From Raillietiella orientalis (Eukaryota), in the NCBI GenBank assembly GCA_036172245.1, contig JAYWIR010000015.1, forward strand, positions 3,906,001-3,970,000: 64,000 nucleotides of DNA. Direction: 5' to 3'. Position numbers and translations under genes: made by a program. Positions 13,211 to 26,800 of the stretch are shown here, piece by piece. Position 1 is the stretch's first letter. Each line of letters opens with the position of its first letter. A model generated the notes under the pieces. It did not search any database and was not told the origin of the DNA. It saw nothing but the letters and a program-made list of their open reading frames with translations.

Positions 13211-16200
13211 TGATTGAGATGCCTTTCTAAGGGAATATAGTAGTGAGCAATTGATGGTAAGTAATTGGCATTCCATACCATTTTTTTTAATTAGTTTTTG
13301 TTGAGTATACATTACAAGGATGGATGACTGATACCATAAGCGTACACAATAAATTAACATTTTTTTTTTTTTTTGCTTCAGTAAACATTCTTTATGAGAA
13401 AAGGGGGACTTTTCGCATCTAGATATAATGTTTACTATTTAATTTCTCGAGAAAATTGTGAATAATAAAATTTAATAGCTATGAAAATTTGATCACAAAT
13501 TAGCAATGATGGATTACTTAGTTTTTTTTAATTCGGAATATTGTGGTTTTACTCTGCAGCTGTTTTGCTTTGTATTTCAGCGGTGTGTCAGAGAAACTGA
13601 TTTTGCCATCTCTTTTGTTCATTTCCCTTTGAGTTCATCTCCAGCACTAAATGGAATAGGAAAACTCTGATCTGGAGTAATTAGCGGGTATACATATAAC
13701 GTGAAAAGAAAAAATTAAATAGATAAATCAGCTACGCTAATTTAAAATTCGAGAAAGTGGAATTAGTTATGCCTAAATTGTGGCCAAAGCACAATTTCTG
13801 GGCGGTCATGTGACCCTTTTAGACAAAATGGCTTCCTGTGACTGCTATGGAAGTTCATGGTCCTGAAAATTTAGATACAGAACCAATGAACATAGCCAAC
13901 GGGTTAATGACGGTAATGAAAAACCTAGCAAAATTTTCGACTGACTAGACATGGATAATGTTGTAGTAAGTGATAATTTGTGACTTACTTCAGACGGCAA
14001 AAAGAAAAGAAGGCATTGAAAATGATGGAAAAGGTAAATTGTTGAAGTCCAAGGAGAAAAGTCTTCCTCATTGAAGCAGAGGTCAAACTAGAAGCTAATG
14101 CAAAGAATATCGAAACCTGGCGTTCTTGCATCTCCAGGCGTCATGATAATTTTGATGAAAATCCAAAAAGAAGAAAAGAGTTCCTACGACTGCATCATAG
14201 CGTTTATGTCTGTGGCTAAATCCCTCTCCACTCTTATGAAAACAGGAACAGTTCTCGCTGTTATCCATCCATTCATTAGCAGACTGAGTTCCTCAAGGCA
14301 AAGGCACTGGGTTTGGTAACTTAGTACCCTAAGTTTCGAGCAGAGTTGAGGGCTGGTTGAAGTGCTTAAAGTATCTTCTGAATCTGTAATCTTCGAACTG
14401 TTGTCTGTTCGATCCAAATCCCCTAGGAAGGAAAGCACAGAGGGCTGTGCTTGCAAAAGCGCCGCCATCCCGATGCAACGATCGGAGAGTTTCAAAGGAC
14501 GTTTCGACCCAATCCATGTCCTCTCATCGTTATTGTAGATAGCACCTCGAAATGAAAGACGTAAAGACTGCGTCCATGGAATCGGATTTTTGCTCCTGAG
14601 CGAGTCCAGCTATGGAACAAACGAAACGTCCATTCAGTATGTTCAATTCAACCGCTGCCCCACGGTGCTGACCTCACAGACTGGCCTCAAGAATTCCGAA
14701 ACGGAATCATCTTGTGCGAGTCTATTCAAGCATTTCGCTCCAGGGGTATCTTGTGATATCCTTGGACAGAAATGCGACTGCGAAACAGCTGACTCGCCTC
14801 CAACAGACGTCGGATGCGCAAGATGCTCAAGATCCGAGCTGATTTTTCGCCTTGGCTTCCAAAAACTTACTTTCTACCTGTTCCATCGCTCATCTCTTCT
14901 CGGCCTTTTCTGACCAGGATCAAAGGGCTCCACAGTCACGGCACGATCATACAAATGTGGTCTAAGGATGCACGCAGATTTCAAAGGGATGAATAGAATT
15001 TTGTGAAGAGGATTAAGCACAGCTAAACATGGAGAAATTGGATTTGGAGCGCTTTAAATTTTGTCCTTGAATCCAGAATGGAGGAATCATCTCACGGGGA
15101 ACCCGATCTTTCCATGGAGGGAAATCGGCTTCGATCAAGTGGCTGCACTTAAGATATACCATGAAATGGAATTAGAGGGACACTCACGACTAATTTCAAA
15201 ACATGGCAAATGACAAAAGCGAATCGAAGGTTGATTGATCGGACTTTGTAGGAAATGGCATTTTAATCCTTTTTTTCCCCTCTCAAGAAAGTGATGGTTC
15301 GATGTTCTTATACATAAAAAGTGTCAGTAATGTGTTGTCGTTGTTGCGACTTGTAGCTTATTCCTGCAGCACGATTTTCGGATCACTGGTCCTATGGACT
15401 ACTTGGATCCCAGGTCTCAGCCTCACACACATCATTAGCAATGGAAATTACTAATGAGAACATGGGCGACCATCTATACATCTACCTAGGAAGGGAAACG
15501 AATTACATTTTATAGATGAAAATCCTCAGATTCCGCTTCCGATAGCAGACTTATCCCGTACTAGCTAAGTAGTCATGAATTGGTTTAAGCAATATTAGAT
15601 TCGAAAACATTCTAATAAAGATAAAATATTCATGATGAACACATGTAAATCTATTTATGCCCACAGGTAATTTTTTTTTTTTTGCTGAGTGTTGACGTTA
15701 AATTGGGGTAAACTAGAAAGAATTGAAAATCGGAGAACAAGGAGCATCCCGATGGAAGGAATTATAGATGAAAATGGCCAGATGCTAATTGGCATTTCGT
15801 CCCTTATGTGCAATTACATACTCTTCGGAATGTTATGAGCTTGCTGTGCTCAGAAGTCAAACGGAACGAAAGGCAGAAGTTGAAACAAAAATAATTAAAA
15901 AATGGGAAATCAACCTTGGGGCTCTCTTGTCACAAAGCTAAGGAAGTGATTCGTTCGTCGTTCCTATTAGATTCTGTAGGTTATTGAACCTATGAGAACA
16001 TGGATACATGATTTCCCAGTGACATTTCGTGTTAGTTTCGTACAGCCTTTCCAATATCCGCGATCGAAAGATCAAAGTAACGGAGGAAAGGGAAGGCATT
16101 TACCCGAGCCACCAGACCTAATTCTACCTTTCAGATGCCTTGCTTTGAAGGTTGTGTGCACCGTATACTCGAAACAAGATCGAGTATTCCTTCCAGAGTG

Positions 16201-18249
16201 CTGTAAAGATCGAAATCTCTCCTGTACGAGCAGTGATGCAGCACAACAAGAGATCCTGCATCCCAAAACTTTAAATGCCTACCAAGCGAATAAAAGCGGA
16301 ACCATTCAGACTATTTTCGAGAACTCTGAATGCTGGTAAGGAGATTGAACGGTGCTTCGAGCCATCTACTGGATGCTGAACCGTGATGCTGCGTGTCAAC
16401 GGGGTGGTTGCACGGAAACGGCGAAAAGCGAATTGGGGCGTTTACCGAGACAAAGAAAAGTGCGAATAAACGTTGACAGTAAATCATTGCTCTAGAGAAC
16501 ATCATTAGTATTGTCCACTCATTTAATTCATGAACTCAGAAATTCATGAAGACATTTCATGAGTTTCATGGAGCAGAGGGATGACTTGGTAATAGGGATG
16601 TTCCAGAACAGGACACGCCGAGTGTTCGTTCCACTCCTTTTCCGATCCTCTCCTCTAGGCGAATTTCTCACATAGCAACAAGGTACAGATGTCTGGTTCA
16701 AAACGAGGCTACTTTTTGGTCTGAGGATGGAAGAAAACGCGCTAGCAGTACAGTCAGTGAGCATTCTGAAGAGATGTAGAATGGCGACTTCAATTCGTGT
16801 GCTATTATGTATTTGCATATTTTTTCTCTCGTTTTCCCCGGTTTTTCCATAGGAAGGTGTGCGCTATGGAATAAGCTGTCTGATGAGGTGGAAGGAAGCA
16901 GTCACGCTCCGTTGGCATAAGCAACCTGCCCATACTGTGGAAACTTGCAGTTAACTGCCACTCGAATTCTCCACGCATTGTATTACTTGTAAATGACTTA
17001 TTATCTTCGCTTCAGTGACTCCGGAATACCCCCAGTATGACTGTCGCCCTCTTTGGAACATTGACTACTTGCTTCAAGTTGGGAAATGTAATATGAATAG
17101 TCAAATGCAAATATAGCATACCACATTCTCACACACACACACACGTTGGCGTCGCGATTTTCTGGTCACACGTGTAGCCCGATGTGCAAGCAAAATGGAA
17201 CCAAGCTCGGTTCGACATAGAAAATAGGCTCCCCACAAGAGGTCTCGTTTCGATTAATAACATTTCAAGGTCGACGCACAAAACAGCGATAAAGATTTCG
17301 GAGAGCGCACTCGAAACTGAACCAGGGAGAGTGTCCCATGGGATTCGTGTGCCTCGAGGAGGCGAATCCAGCTCCTTCCATTTCAGCTTCCTGCAGGAGT
17401 ACGGATCCTTGAACAGCTGACGAAGCTTTGCTGACGGGGTTTCGCAGAAAGCTTCGTGCCGAGTTTCCGCTCTTGGCTGTGCTTCTCCCCAGCGGCTTTT
17501 CGATTTCGGGAACCCTTTGCAAGTCGCCACAAGTTTCCAGCACGAGGGCTTTCTTTCACAAGATGTGCAGCTGTGAGCTGGGGTTTGGGTTGAGATCTGC
17601 GAACTTGGAAGGGAAGCGTTGGTTCCATCTTGGCAATTACAGTGCGTGTAGGGATGGGCGTGTAATACTCTCCGAGCAACCACGATGGCTGTGGTCGCTG
17701 AAGCGAATGTTTCGAGAAGGGATTGTCGTTTTCGTCTTTGGAGCAGTGGAGATACTTTCGAACTTCCGCTTTGGTTGAACTGGGAAAGTTGTCTCAGTTC
17801 AGTTTGCAAAGTTGTGAAAACATGTGGTCATGATAGTCTAAGAGGGAAAGTATCCTCAGAGCGAAATGGCCACCGCTACTTGAAGAAAGACCTGGAAAAC
17901 TGAGGAAGTGTTCCCTCTGTCTGAATGCTGAGCAAGTAGGCTTGATCAACTCGCGCTATCTGTTACTGTTCCACGGAACTATGCTCTCCTTGCTGCACAC
18001 TGCGCCGTGCAGTCTAAGAACCTAAGGTTATTTCGCATCAAAAACGAATAGGATGAATCAAAAGCATCTCAGCACGCAATAAAGCACTGGAGGCTAGATT
18101 TTTTACGTGTTCGCTGGGCTGCGTTCCTTTAGCGAGACGGACGCAATGATTTTCAACAAGATATCCCACATCCCATGGAGAAATCCATGCCATCCGAGAT
18201 AGTCATTCAGGCAGGAGCCTGTGAATGACTTGGTTTTCGGGGAAGATGG

Positions 18250-19700
18250 TGAAGAAGGCCCAGTAAAATAATCTGACTGAAGAAGATATCTGCTCCTCAT
18301 GAGACCCGTGTAATGAGATCGTAATCGGACTTATTTCAATCGGAAATCATCCAGAGCTCTTCTAAAATTGCATTCATCTGCGAACGCTTGCTGATAACCA
18401 AAAGGAGATGAACTTTTTGCCCTCAAAGTAAGCTGCTTGCTTCACTTTCTAGACCGTGATACAGGTGGACTACTCCGGCTGATTTCGTGATAAACTGTTT
18501 CTCAAAAAGACTGAAGTACTAGCAACCAACCACTTTCTGCTGATGCTGTGCATAGAAGCTTCCAGATGGGTATACATTGATTGGGGAAGGCGTATTTGCC
18601 ATTGAGAGCATCTTGCTTTTTTTTTTTTTATTCAAATACATTCTCTTTTTATCAATGGTGGTGTAGTAGGGAAGAATACACAGGAAGGTGACGAAGTTCT
18701 TAGTGTGCTGATATTCTGTACGATTCATTTGGCACATGTGTCTAGAATCAGAGCAAATTTCCTCAGCATCCATCTCTGAAAAGTTTATGAGAGCAATTCC
18801 ATGATTAAAGAGGCAGTATGGAACCTCCACCTGCTTTTCAGATCCTATGTGACGGTGTTTTTTGTAAATGTGCCACTCTGGTGAGGTCTCATTTGTTTGA
18901 GAGCAGGGATTTTCAGTAACCAAATAGAGGAGGCGCTGATTTTTCATTCTGTTACAAGTACATAAAAAAGAAAAATCTTCGGAAAGTTTGAGAAAGTCAT
19001 CGAAGCTTTGAACGAACGTAACGGATGGAAAATTAAAGCGTTGCAGAGCCCCTGCGAGGTTGGTAAAGAGCTCTTCGAATAGATAGTTTCGCTTGAGGCG
19101 CTTCTCGCAGTTGCATCTCCTTGGAGGATACATGATCAGAAACTCCAGGACACGGAGTAGAGAGGGGGTATCGACTGCACCCGGTCGATGGAGCTCAGAT
19201 CGGAAACCAAAGAGATTCTCTGTAAACTCAGCATTTCAATCCTTTTACGCCATACCAAAATTCCTATTCCCGATGCCTCTAGCAGTCTTTTGGGTCACTC
19301 CATGTTATATTTACTGTTTGTCTTCTGTTTATGCGCAAAGCTTCTCTCATTCAGTTTTGGTCAAGGTCACCAAACCATGCACTTAGTCTGTTTTCGGATT
19401 CGACAGGTCGGCTGACTTTTCGCTAGCTGTAGGCACTCCATGAAAATGACCTCATAGAAGCTGACTGCAGGCAAGTGTTCTACCATTGGCAAACCGGAGT
19501 GGGGCTTCGGAACGAGGCTGTTTCATCAATCATATCCTATCTGACTCTCATTAAGTCCTGGAAAAGTTATTAGTTGAAGATAAAAGTATTCTTAAAGGAT
19601 TAATTTGCAGAATTCCAAGAACAGTTGGTCTGGAAGCCAGGATCCTCTGAAGATTGAGTAAAACAGAGGAGTTTGTCTTGGATGAATTGCCGTCAGCGCT
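18250..19700 (-). pseudogene. Decayed coding sequence, copy C; includes the 204-aa ORF 18519-19133 and probably extends toward ~22 kb
   Basis: Fragments LPDQLFLEFC, KRNYLFEELFTNLAGAL, RLLYLVTENPCSQTNETSPEW, VPYCLFNHGIALINF and PFGY...RRALDDFRLK* are colinear with copies A and B. Confidence 0.45.
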
Positions 19701-22444
19701 CACGGGTCATTTACAGGAATAGAGGACACCTTACGTTCTTCGGGCTCTGATGAAAATAGAAAGGCCGTGACAGCTTGCTCAAGTACTTTAGAAGAAATTT
19801 GTCGGGGAAAGTGCTGATGGAGATAATTCCCAAGATTTCTCAGAGAGCTTCAGATTGCCTTGTGTTAGTTAGCTCGCCTCCAGCTGCTTCTGTGCCTCTC
19901 TGATCAAGCCTTCTTGTTCTGGCCGCATCCTCTAAGTGATTCGGTCAGGTTCCCTGCAAGCAAATACCCACATGCAAGAGGAGCTGCAAGCGTCTGTTTT
20001 GCAAGCATGACGCAAGCAATACGCGATCTCCACTGACGAGCAAGGAAGCTGTTTATTTTTTAGTGTCCTTATCTGATCTGCCTCATGAAATCCGTGCAGT
20101 TCCAATGGTCTTCTGCGATAAGCACTGCAACTATCGACCTACAGCTCGCAACGAGTTCCCCAGCAACTCGAATACGAAACTCCAAATCGACCTGCTTCGT
20201 GAGGAAATACGAATTCCAGCCGCATGCTGGTTCTGGAGGCAGCTGTCAACAGCAATTTCGAGTTTATGGATACTGAACTAACGAAGCACGAGCTGCCGAA
20301 TTTGAGACGGTGTCCCTTCGATCCACCTCATTCTCCCCAATAACAAATGCTACTCAGCTTCACCTTGTCTCAACAATCTACGTCTAAGGAAGAGCGGACA
20401 CAGTGATGGACAATCTCTTCCGAGTCCTTCTGTGCAAAAGCTGTTCTGACCGCTTTCCTTTGGCCTGAAGTAACATCCGCTCAATAGATGCAATTTTATT
20501 TTATTTTTTTTGCATGTCTTTCCTTCATCGAAACATTACTTATGGATGTTTCGTACTCTGCAAAGAATAATCCTTCTGGGTTCACCCTTCATCTGACCTG
20601 TAGGTGAAGGCCGTGGTGAAATTCACAGAAACACAAATTATACTGCACGGCAAAATTTTGGTGGAGAATCCGGGAGTGATTTCAAGTGGGTTGTCTGGTT
20701 CCACCCCGACAGTTTCGTGCGGGCAAACTCCGACCTTTTAATTACCTTTAATAACCACTGCTGATGAAGTGAAAGTATTTCACAATCAACGCGAAGACAC
20801 AAAGCATCGGTTCAATAACCGTCATTCCACGAAATGAGTTAGTCGGGTTTGCTCTGGATCTCACAGGCACGCAACGAAAGCTAATTCTTCTTTTGTAAGA
20901 AGTCGTGCATCTCTTGGGAACGCAAAATAAATCTATGCCAACTCAGATTTGCGAACGTGAAAGAACGTAAGTGAAAATTCGTTTCGAGTACTGAAACGAT
21001 CAACTTTCGGTTTCTGCTTGTGCATTCAGGAAGGTCAGCCATGGGAAGGTCCAACACGAGGAATTCACGCAAAGCATAGATCCCTTGCTTAGATCCGTAA
21101 TCCAGCTGGTGTTCAGTGGGACACCGGAGATTGCGTGCACCATCATAGTATGACAAGCATACACTTCCTAGGAGCTCTTCGTGCTATTCTGTACAGAGCT
21201 GAGAATGTGCGAGCACTTCACCTGAATGATCTTTGATTCCTAGTTTGCACCTTCTACAGACATTTATTTCCGTTGCCAGAACGAAATGTAGCAGAACGGT
21301 TGCCATGACGCTTTTCTAGTTTTTCGAGAAGGAACAAGGGATCTTCATAAGAGTGCAAACTCAAGTGTCAATTGGCTCACATAAAGGACATCCCTAGTAT
21401 GTGTGAGAATGTGTGCAAGGAAAGAACACCGAAAGCGCTGGTTCCCTAGTGACGAAGTAAAGAGGCTGACAACTGCGATCAAATACACATCACAGATTCA
21501 TGTGCCGTACTTGCAGTTTCTTTCCCCTGCTGCCTTCCGATTTCTTACCTCCCACACGAAAATTTCGGTCTTGCTCTTCTTTCAGGGGAACGAGTACAGC
21601 TATTGGACCACACTGTAACACTAGTGTAAGGCGGTAACACGCGTGCGCCATCCTGGCATCGCACGAAATCTGCCTTCATCTACCTCGTTTGCTCATCTAA
21701 ATTTCAGAACCTCTGCCATCCAAAGGTTCAGTTGGCGTCTCTTTTAGAATTCACTCCACAAGCTTTCATATTCGTTTGCCTCAGTGACCATAGAAGCGTG
21801 CTGGGTATGAAATAAGTAACTGGGTGTTCTGTGGACCAGTTGCCACCCTGCATTGGCTGCTTTCCTTCAGATCTATCGGACTCCAGCGAACGTCTCTAGA
21901 ATATACGCTGAATCTCAGTAGTTTTCCACTGGACAGCTTTCTACTGCTCACATGTGCTGAGCTCCATGTGCACTCACTATAAGTATTCCCCGATTCCAAT
22001 TCCTGTACGCTTCCCGACTCAAACCTGCACACGAACCAAAAGGTGCGTAAACAGAAGCGTTCCTCAAGACGCGACAAAGCGATTCTACCACCTTCAGTAT
22101 ATGGGATATCCCATATCCCTTCTGATGCTTTCGTTTTTTTTTTTTTTGTCCGACTGCTGAGGCAAATTTCCGATCAAAGTCCTTGCATCTTCTCGGGCAC
22201 TCCCGTTGTGCTGGAGTGATGGGGAAGAGCAATGGAGGAGATCTGGGATGTTCCCTGTCCCGAACTTGCATGCAAAACCAGCGCACGTGACAACAGAAGC
22301 GTGTCCTGAGGAACGGTTGGGTGGTTCCGGCAATGAGGACCATCAGAAGAATCCCGGGGGAGGGAGAATGCAAACCATCGATTAGGCGCCAATGATCCGG
22401 AACCAAGAACAGTTATCTGTGCGAACATGGCCCCAGGCCTGGCG

Positions 22445-22454
22445 GCGCATGCGC
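22445..22454. promoter_or_regulatory. NRF1/Erect-wing palindromic site GCGCATGCGC
   Basis: Perfect consensus in a CpG-rich patch about 65 bp upstream of the ATG at 22520. Confidence 0.5.
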
Positions 22455-22519
22455 GCGCGAGCTCGTCCCGTAAATAAAAGATCCCTAGTGCTCCGCTGGC
22501 TTTAGCATGGTGGGTGGCC

Positions 22520-23821
22520 ATGGATAAGGACGTCGCCATAGACCAGAAGTCTTCACTTCCAAATTTCCGGGAAAGGTAAGATCGTACGAACCATCGGTTC
22601 GTACGCTCGTGTGGATGAAGTGCCATATGCGTCGGGCCTTTACGCTAAGAGTTTTCCTGTCTGGAAGGAGGAAGACGAGAGTGAAATCTTTTGTTCTGGA
22701 ATGGAAGCTGCTGTTGTGTGAAGTGTGCAATAAGTGTTTTCCGTATATGTGAGCATGTACCTTGCAAAGCGTCCGTACAGGGCCCAGTCGATTGCATTTG
22801 GTTGTGCTTGCCTCCAAAATCGAAACGGGTGGAACGCTTCACGTTCTGTGATTCAAGCGTGCTCCCTCGTTTCATGTGATGCTTTTCCAATTCGTTTAAC
22901 TGGCCCTTTAAACTGCGTCACGGTTGAAAGCAATAGTAAGTTTTGCTTTCAACCATGACCTCTTTAAATGTGATTGAATACACTGATGAATAATGGAAAG
23001 CTTGAGAGAATGCTTTCCGCATCATGTTTTGGTTTGCAGAATGACTTGAGTGTTTTGGTAATAGGAATTTAGATAACTTGTTTACGGTTTGTTACTGATT
23101 TTTTTTTTTACATAAGCAATGAGTTTTTTGACTTATTGGTCAAATTGATTTGAATTTTAGGAAGCCCCTGTCGAATGTTGAGAATGGTAGCTCGAGATCA
23201 TTGAAGAATTTCCTTTTTTTTAAAGGAAATCCATTTATCACCCCTGATGCCCCAGCACAAGAAAAAAACTTCAGTAAGTATAACTTGCCAAAAAACTAAT
23301 TTATAGAGAAATTTTGAAATATTTTCGCAATACAAACATGCTATTATTGTGGCTTAACTATTTTAGAAGATGTCGACATTACGGTTGAAAATCTGTGTGA
23401 AGCCTTGAAAAATGTTGAGACGCCAATGCGTGAATACCCAGAACTAAAGATACCAAATTCGAATGAACTGATCACTTCAGTTCTCAAAAGAACAACTTCT
23501 TTGATGACTCTGCCTACATTAACGAAATCGCCATCAACTTTATCATTGCATACTCCTTCTACAACTCCTTCATCAACACCACAGACTTCCCCCAAGCTCA
23601 GCAGGCATATGTTCATGGGTCAGTCAAGTTCAGAAGATGTCAGTGTTTACAAGCATCCAAAGACCTGGTTTTTTTCATCTCTTCCCACAACAGAAAAATC
23701 AGAAAATGCTCAGGATGAAAAGAAAAGTGAATTGGCAAAAAAAACTGGTGTGCACAAAAGATTTGTTGCCAAACATTCATTTCTCAGAGAAATGGATGCA
23801 CTTTCTCCCACATCTTCATAG
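22520..23821 (+). CDS. 207-aa Ser/Thr-rich protein, tentatively p33MONOX/KIAA1191-like, 3 exons
   Basis: Exons 22520-22575 (AG|gtaag), 23161-23273 (A|gtaagt) and 23367-23821 join into one open frame, MDKDVAIDQKSSLPNFRERKPLSN...REMDALSPTSS. Motifs TPSSTPQTSPK, a downstream WF and C-terminal REMDALSPTS resemble p33MONOX (TPSSTPHSSPK...WF...RDLNVLTPTGF) as I recall it. The gene structure is well supported; the family call is weaker. Confidence 0.7.
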
Positions 23822-26800
23822 TTCTTAGCTGTTAAAATTATGTACCTTTGAAAATTGTGTAAAATGTGCAAAGCGTATTCTGACTTAAAAAAATGAAATT
23901 CTGAAATGTTACCTCCTCCCATGTAGTGCATTTATTACATGTATTTATTTGTCTGCTGGCTATGCATAGTGAAACTTGTGCTGGTGTTGGTGTTGCTATT
24001 TTTTGCATTAGCTGATCTTCAGTACATAATTTTTTTAAAAACACTTTTTGCAAAACTGAAACTGGGTGCATTTTTTTGGAAAAAAACATTTGCTTGGTAG
24101 CCTTTAAATTTCTGCATGAAGGAGCATCGTACCCATGTTTCGGTCATGTAGAAGTCAAGTGGAAGTGCAGCCTGAGGATGCTCATCGAATAAATGAGGCT
24201 CCCTGACCAATTTATGCAAACTTAAGATTCAGTGTTAGGAGGCGATCATGCAGTTCACCCCAAATATTACTTCACATGCATAGCAAATATATTTTTTTAA
24301 TGTAACAAGTATTCTGCCTTGGTATGTGCTGGCTTTTCATCCTTGCCCTCCGCTTAGCTTTACCATCCGAATCTATACCAAGTGCATGCCTGTGAAGGTG
24401 AATGCAAGATGTCGGAAAGAAACCTCAAGCATGCAGTAGGGGAGCCGCCTCCGTGAGAAAATGACAAATATCAAAGGTAACACTGCGTACAAACAGGAAT
24501 TTCTGTGAAGGTCACACTCGGGATGTTTGCATGACGTTTCACTCTATTTCTCACTCACTCTATTTCTGCAGCAAAGGTGTCTTGCTCGTATTGAGACACG
24601 CAAAATTGAACTCCGGTGAACCATCATGCCCGCGTGTTCGCAGCGTGGGAATCAGTGGAGCTTGAGGCTGTTGCTTGATAATGGAAACTAGCCCACCGAG
24701 CGTTCTTGATAATCTTGAGATTCAATGGCCAGAAGCAGATTGTTTTCAAACTCCACTTATTACCTCACATGCCATCTAGTTGGTTTGATCGGGATCTGAC
24801 TGCATTACCAGAAATAGACGGCGGTGGGCGATTACGGTGCGTTCTTCCGTGACTGCTCCCAGTTCTCGGACTTCACAATCATCATCACCGTTTCACCATT
24901 TTAAGCAACGGTTGCTGACGGCTGAAGTGCAGTCCTGTAAGTGCGATCTGGGGGTCCGTGCTCCCTGGCTAGTTAATCTTTCCCACGAGGTGGTTTTTAC
25001 TAAATTCTCTAAGCGCTCTTTTAGACGCTCCCACCCGCGGATTTCTTTAGTAAAAGGCGAAAGAAATGCATAGGGCAGTAGCCCGAGCTCAGAAGCTGCT
25101 TGTAAGAAAAGCGAGACCATGAATCGACTGCCGACTTTTGTCTTGGGTAGATTTAATCCTTTCTCCCCACCATCTGTCGCTTGCTGTTGTTGACCTACCT
25201 GTTCCCTGATGACATCGCATGCCGAAGATTTTTAGTTTTAGGTTAGAGATTTTACCGTTGAGAAGCTCGGTAAGGAGCCTTAATCTCAACGATTTCTTGG
25301 AAAGACGGGCACCAGAGAAAATTGTAGAGACTTTTTGAAACTCAAGGCATTCTAATTTTGAAAATTTTTCATGGATTAACTCTTATTACGGAGCCCTGTC
25401 TTGATTTCGGAAGCGATGCCAGCATTTAAAATCAGAGATAGGCATTTTCAAATGTATCAGTGCACCTGTAACTGGAGTGTTAAAACACTAATGAAAACTC
25501 ATGGTCATTATCGAAACACTTCCAGAGGGTGTTTGCATACTGAAGGTTTTTAGAGTGCATTAAGTTTAAGAGAGAGTACATGGCGTAATAGTAACAGTGG
25601 TAGGGGCAGGAAACCGTTATGGGGCCGTCCCTTACACTTCAGAACATCTTAGTCCGTTTATACTACATCGCACTTCGGACTTTTTCTTTGCTTCTTATTT
25701 ATACAACATATCGCGACCGGGATGTGTTGAACTAAGAAGCGCTTCTTTTTCATGAATGCGCTTCAAATCATTTAATTTAAGGCATTTTATCACTGAAATC
25801 TTCAGAATATTGAACCTGAGGACCATCGAATCCATCTTCGCCACCGGTGGGTAGCTGTGACCATTTTGCAATTATCAAACAGGCAAGCTCAGCATCCGAT
25901 CGAAGGAGCTTGGCTCTTGGCTGCCAACACTCCTCTCGTTCAAAACTTCAACTTTCTTTGCTCTGGCTTGCATCCAGAGTGCTCGCAATCGTTCTTGCAT
26001 CCAGCAAAAAGGCAGGTTAGAGAGTTTGGACTTTTTCTCCTTTCGGCGCATCCCTCATTTATGCGTATACAGCACTGACATTGCTCCAAGAACAACAAAG
26101 AATCCCAAGTCAAATGGAAGGGAAGTTCAGGAATTTCGGAGAATCGATCGCATGAGAGGAGGCTCGGGAGACTGAGGGAAGCAAGAACGTGACGAGGCGT
26201 CGACTTGCAAAAAGGCTCAGGGATGCAGGACTTGGTGTATCATCGTCATCACTGGCGGTCTCAACGGAAGGGAGATGGTTCTGCAGGATAAAAGGCCAAA
26301 GGAAAACTGAACTTCTGTGCAGTCGATCAAGGGAACAATTCTCGAAGCGACGTGGTCATCACTATCGGATTCTTCGGGAGGGGGCACCGTGCTTTTTTGG
26401 CAAAGGGAACCGAAAACTGTATTCACTCTTTACGTGGCGTCTAATAAGAGGTATTTTTGAGAATCTGCTTCACACTTCTGGTAACATGAACTGCGTTGTG
26501 CTCGTTGCTCACAAGATGACTGCCAGCCACTGTTACAAATCCTGCATGCAAATTCATGAATTTCACTTCCCCCCTCTTCCTTCTCCTTCCATGGCATAAG
26601 AGCTCAACAGCAAACAAAATAAAAAGAACCATTGGAATCTCAAAGGGTATTTATTCGTGTAAGACAATCCTTTTCAGCTTAGCATTGATGACAAGTTGAT
26701 TTTAGTTTTTAATATTTTTGTGCTTGAACCTGAACGTGGTCCATTAAAAATGGAGAAGTGCGCACGAGGAAAATCAGGTGAGTTTTCCGATAAGAATGGG

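Noticed and set aside
22990..23060. Alternative first exon of the 22.5-kb gene with an in-frame TGA (selenocysteine idea)
   Set aside because: Exon 22520-22575 gives a clean frame with a consensus donor, and no SECIS was identified.
26441..26632. VLFILFAVELLCHGRRRKR as the missing cadherin transmembrane exon
   Set aside because: The hydrophobic run is too short, there is an in-frame stop seven codons upstream, and it does not resemble the Cad87A tail.
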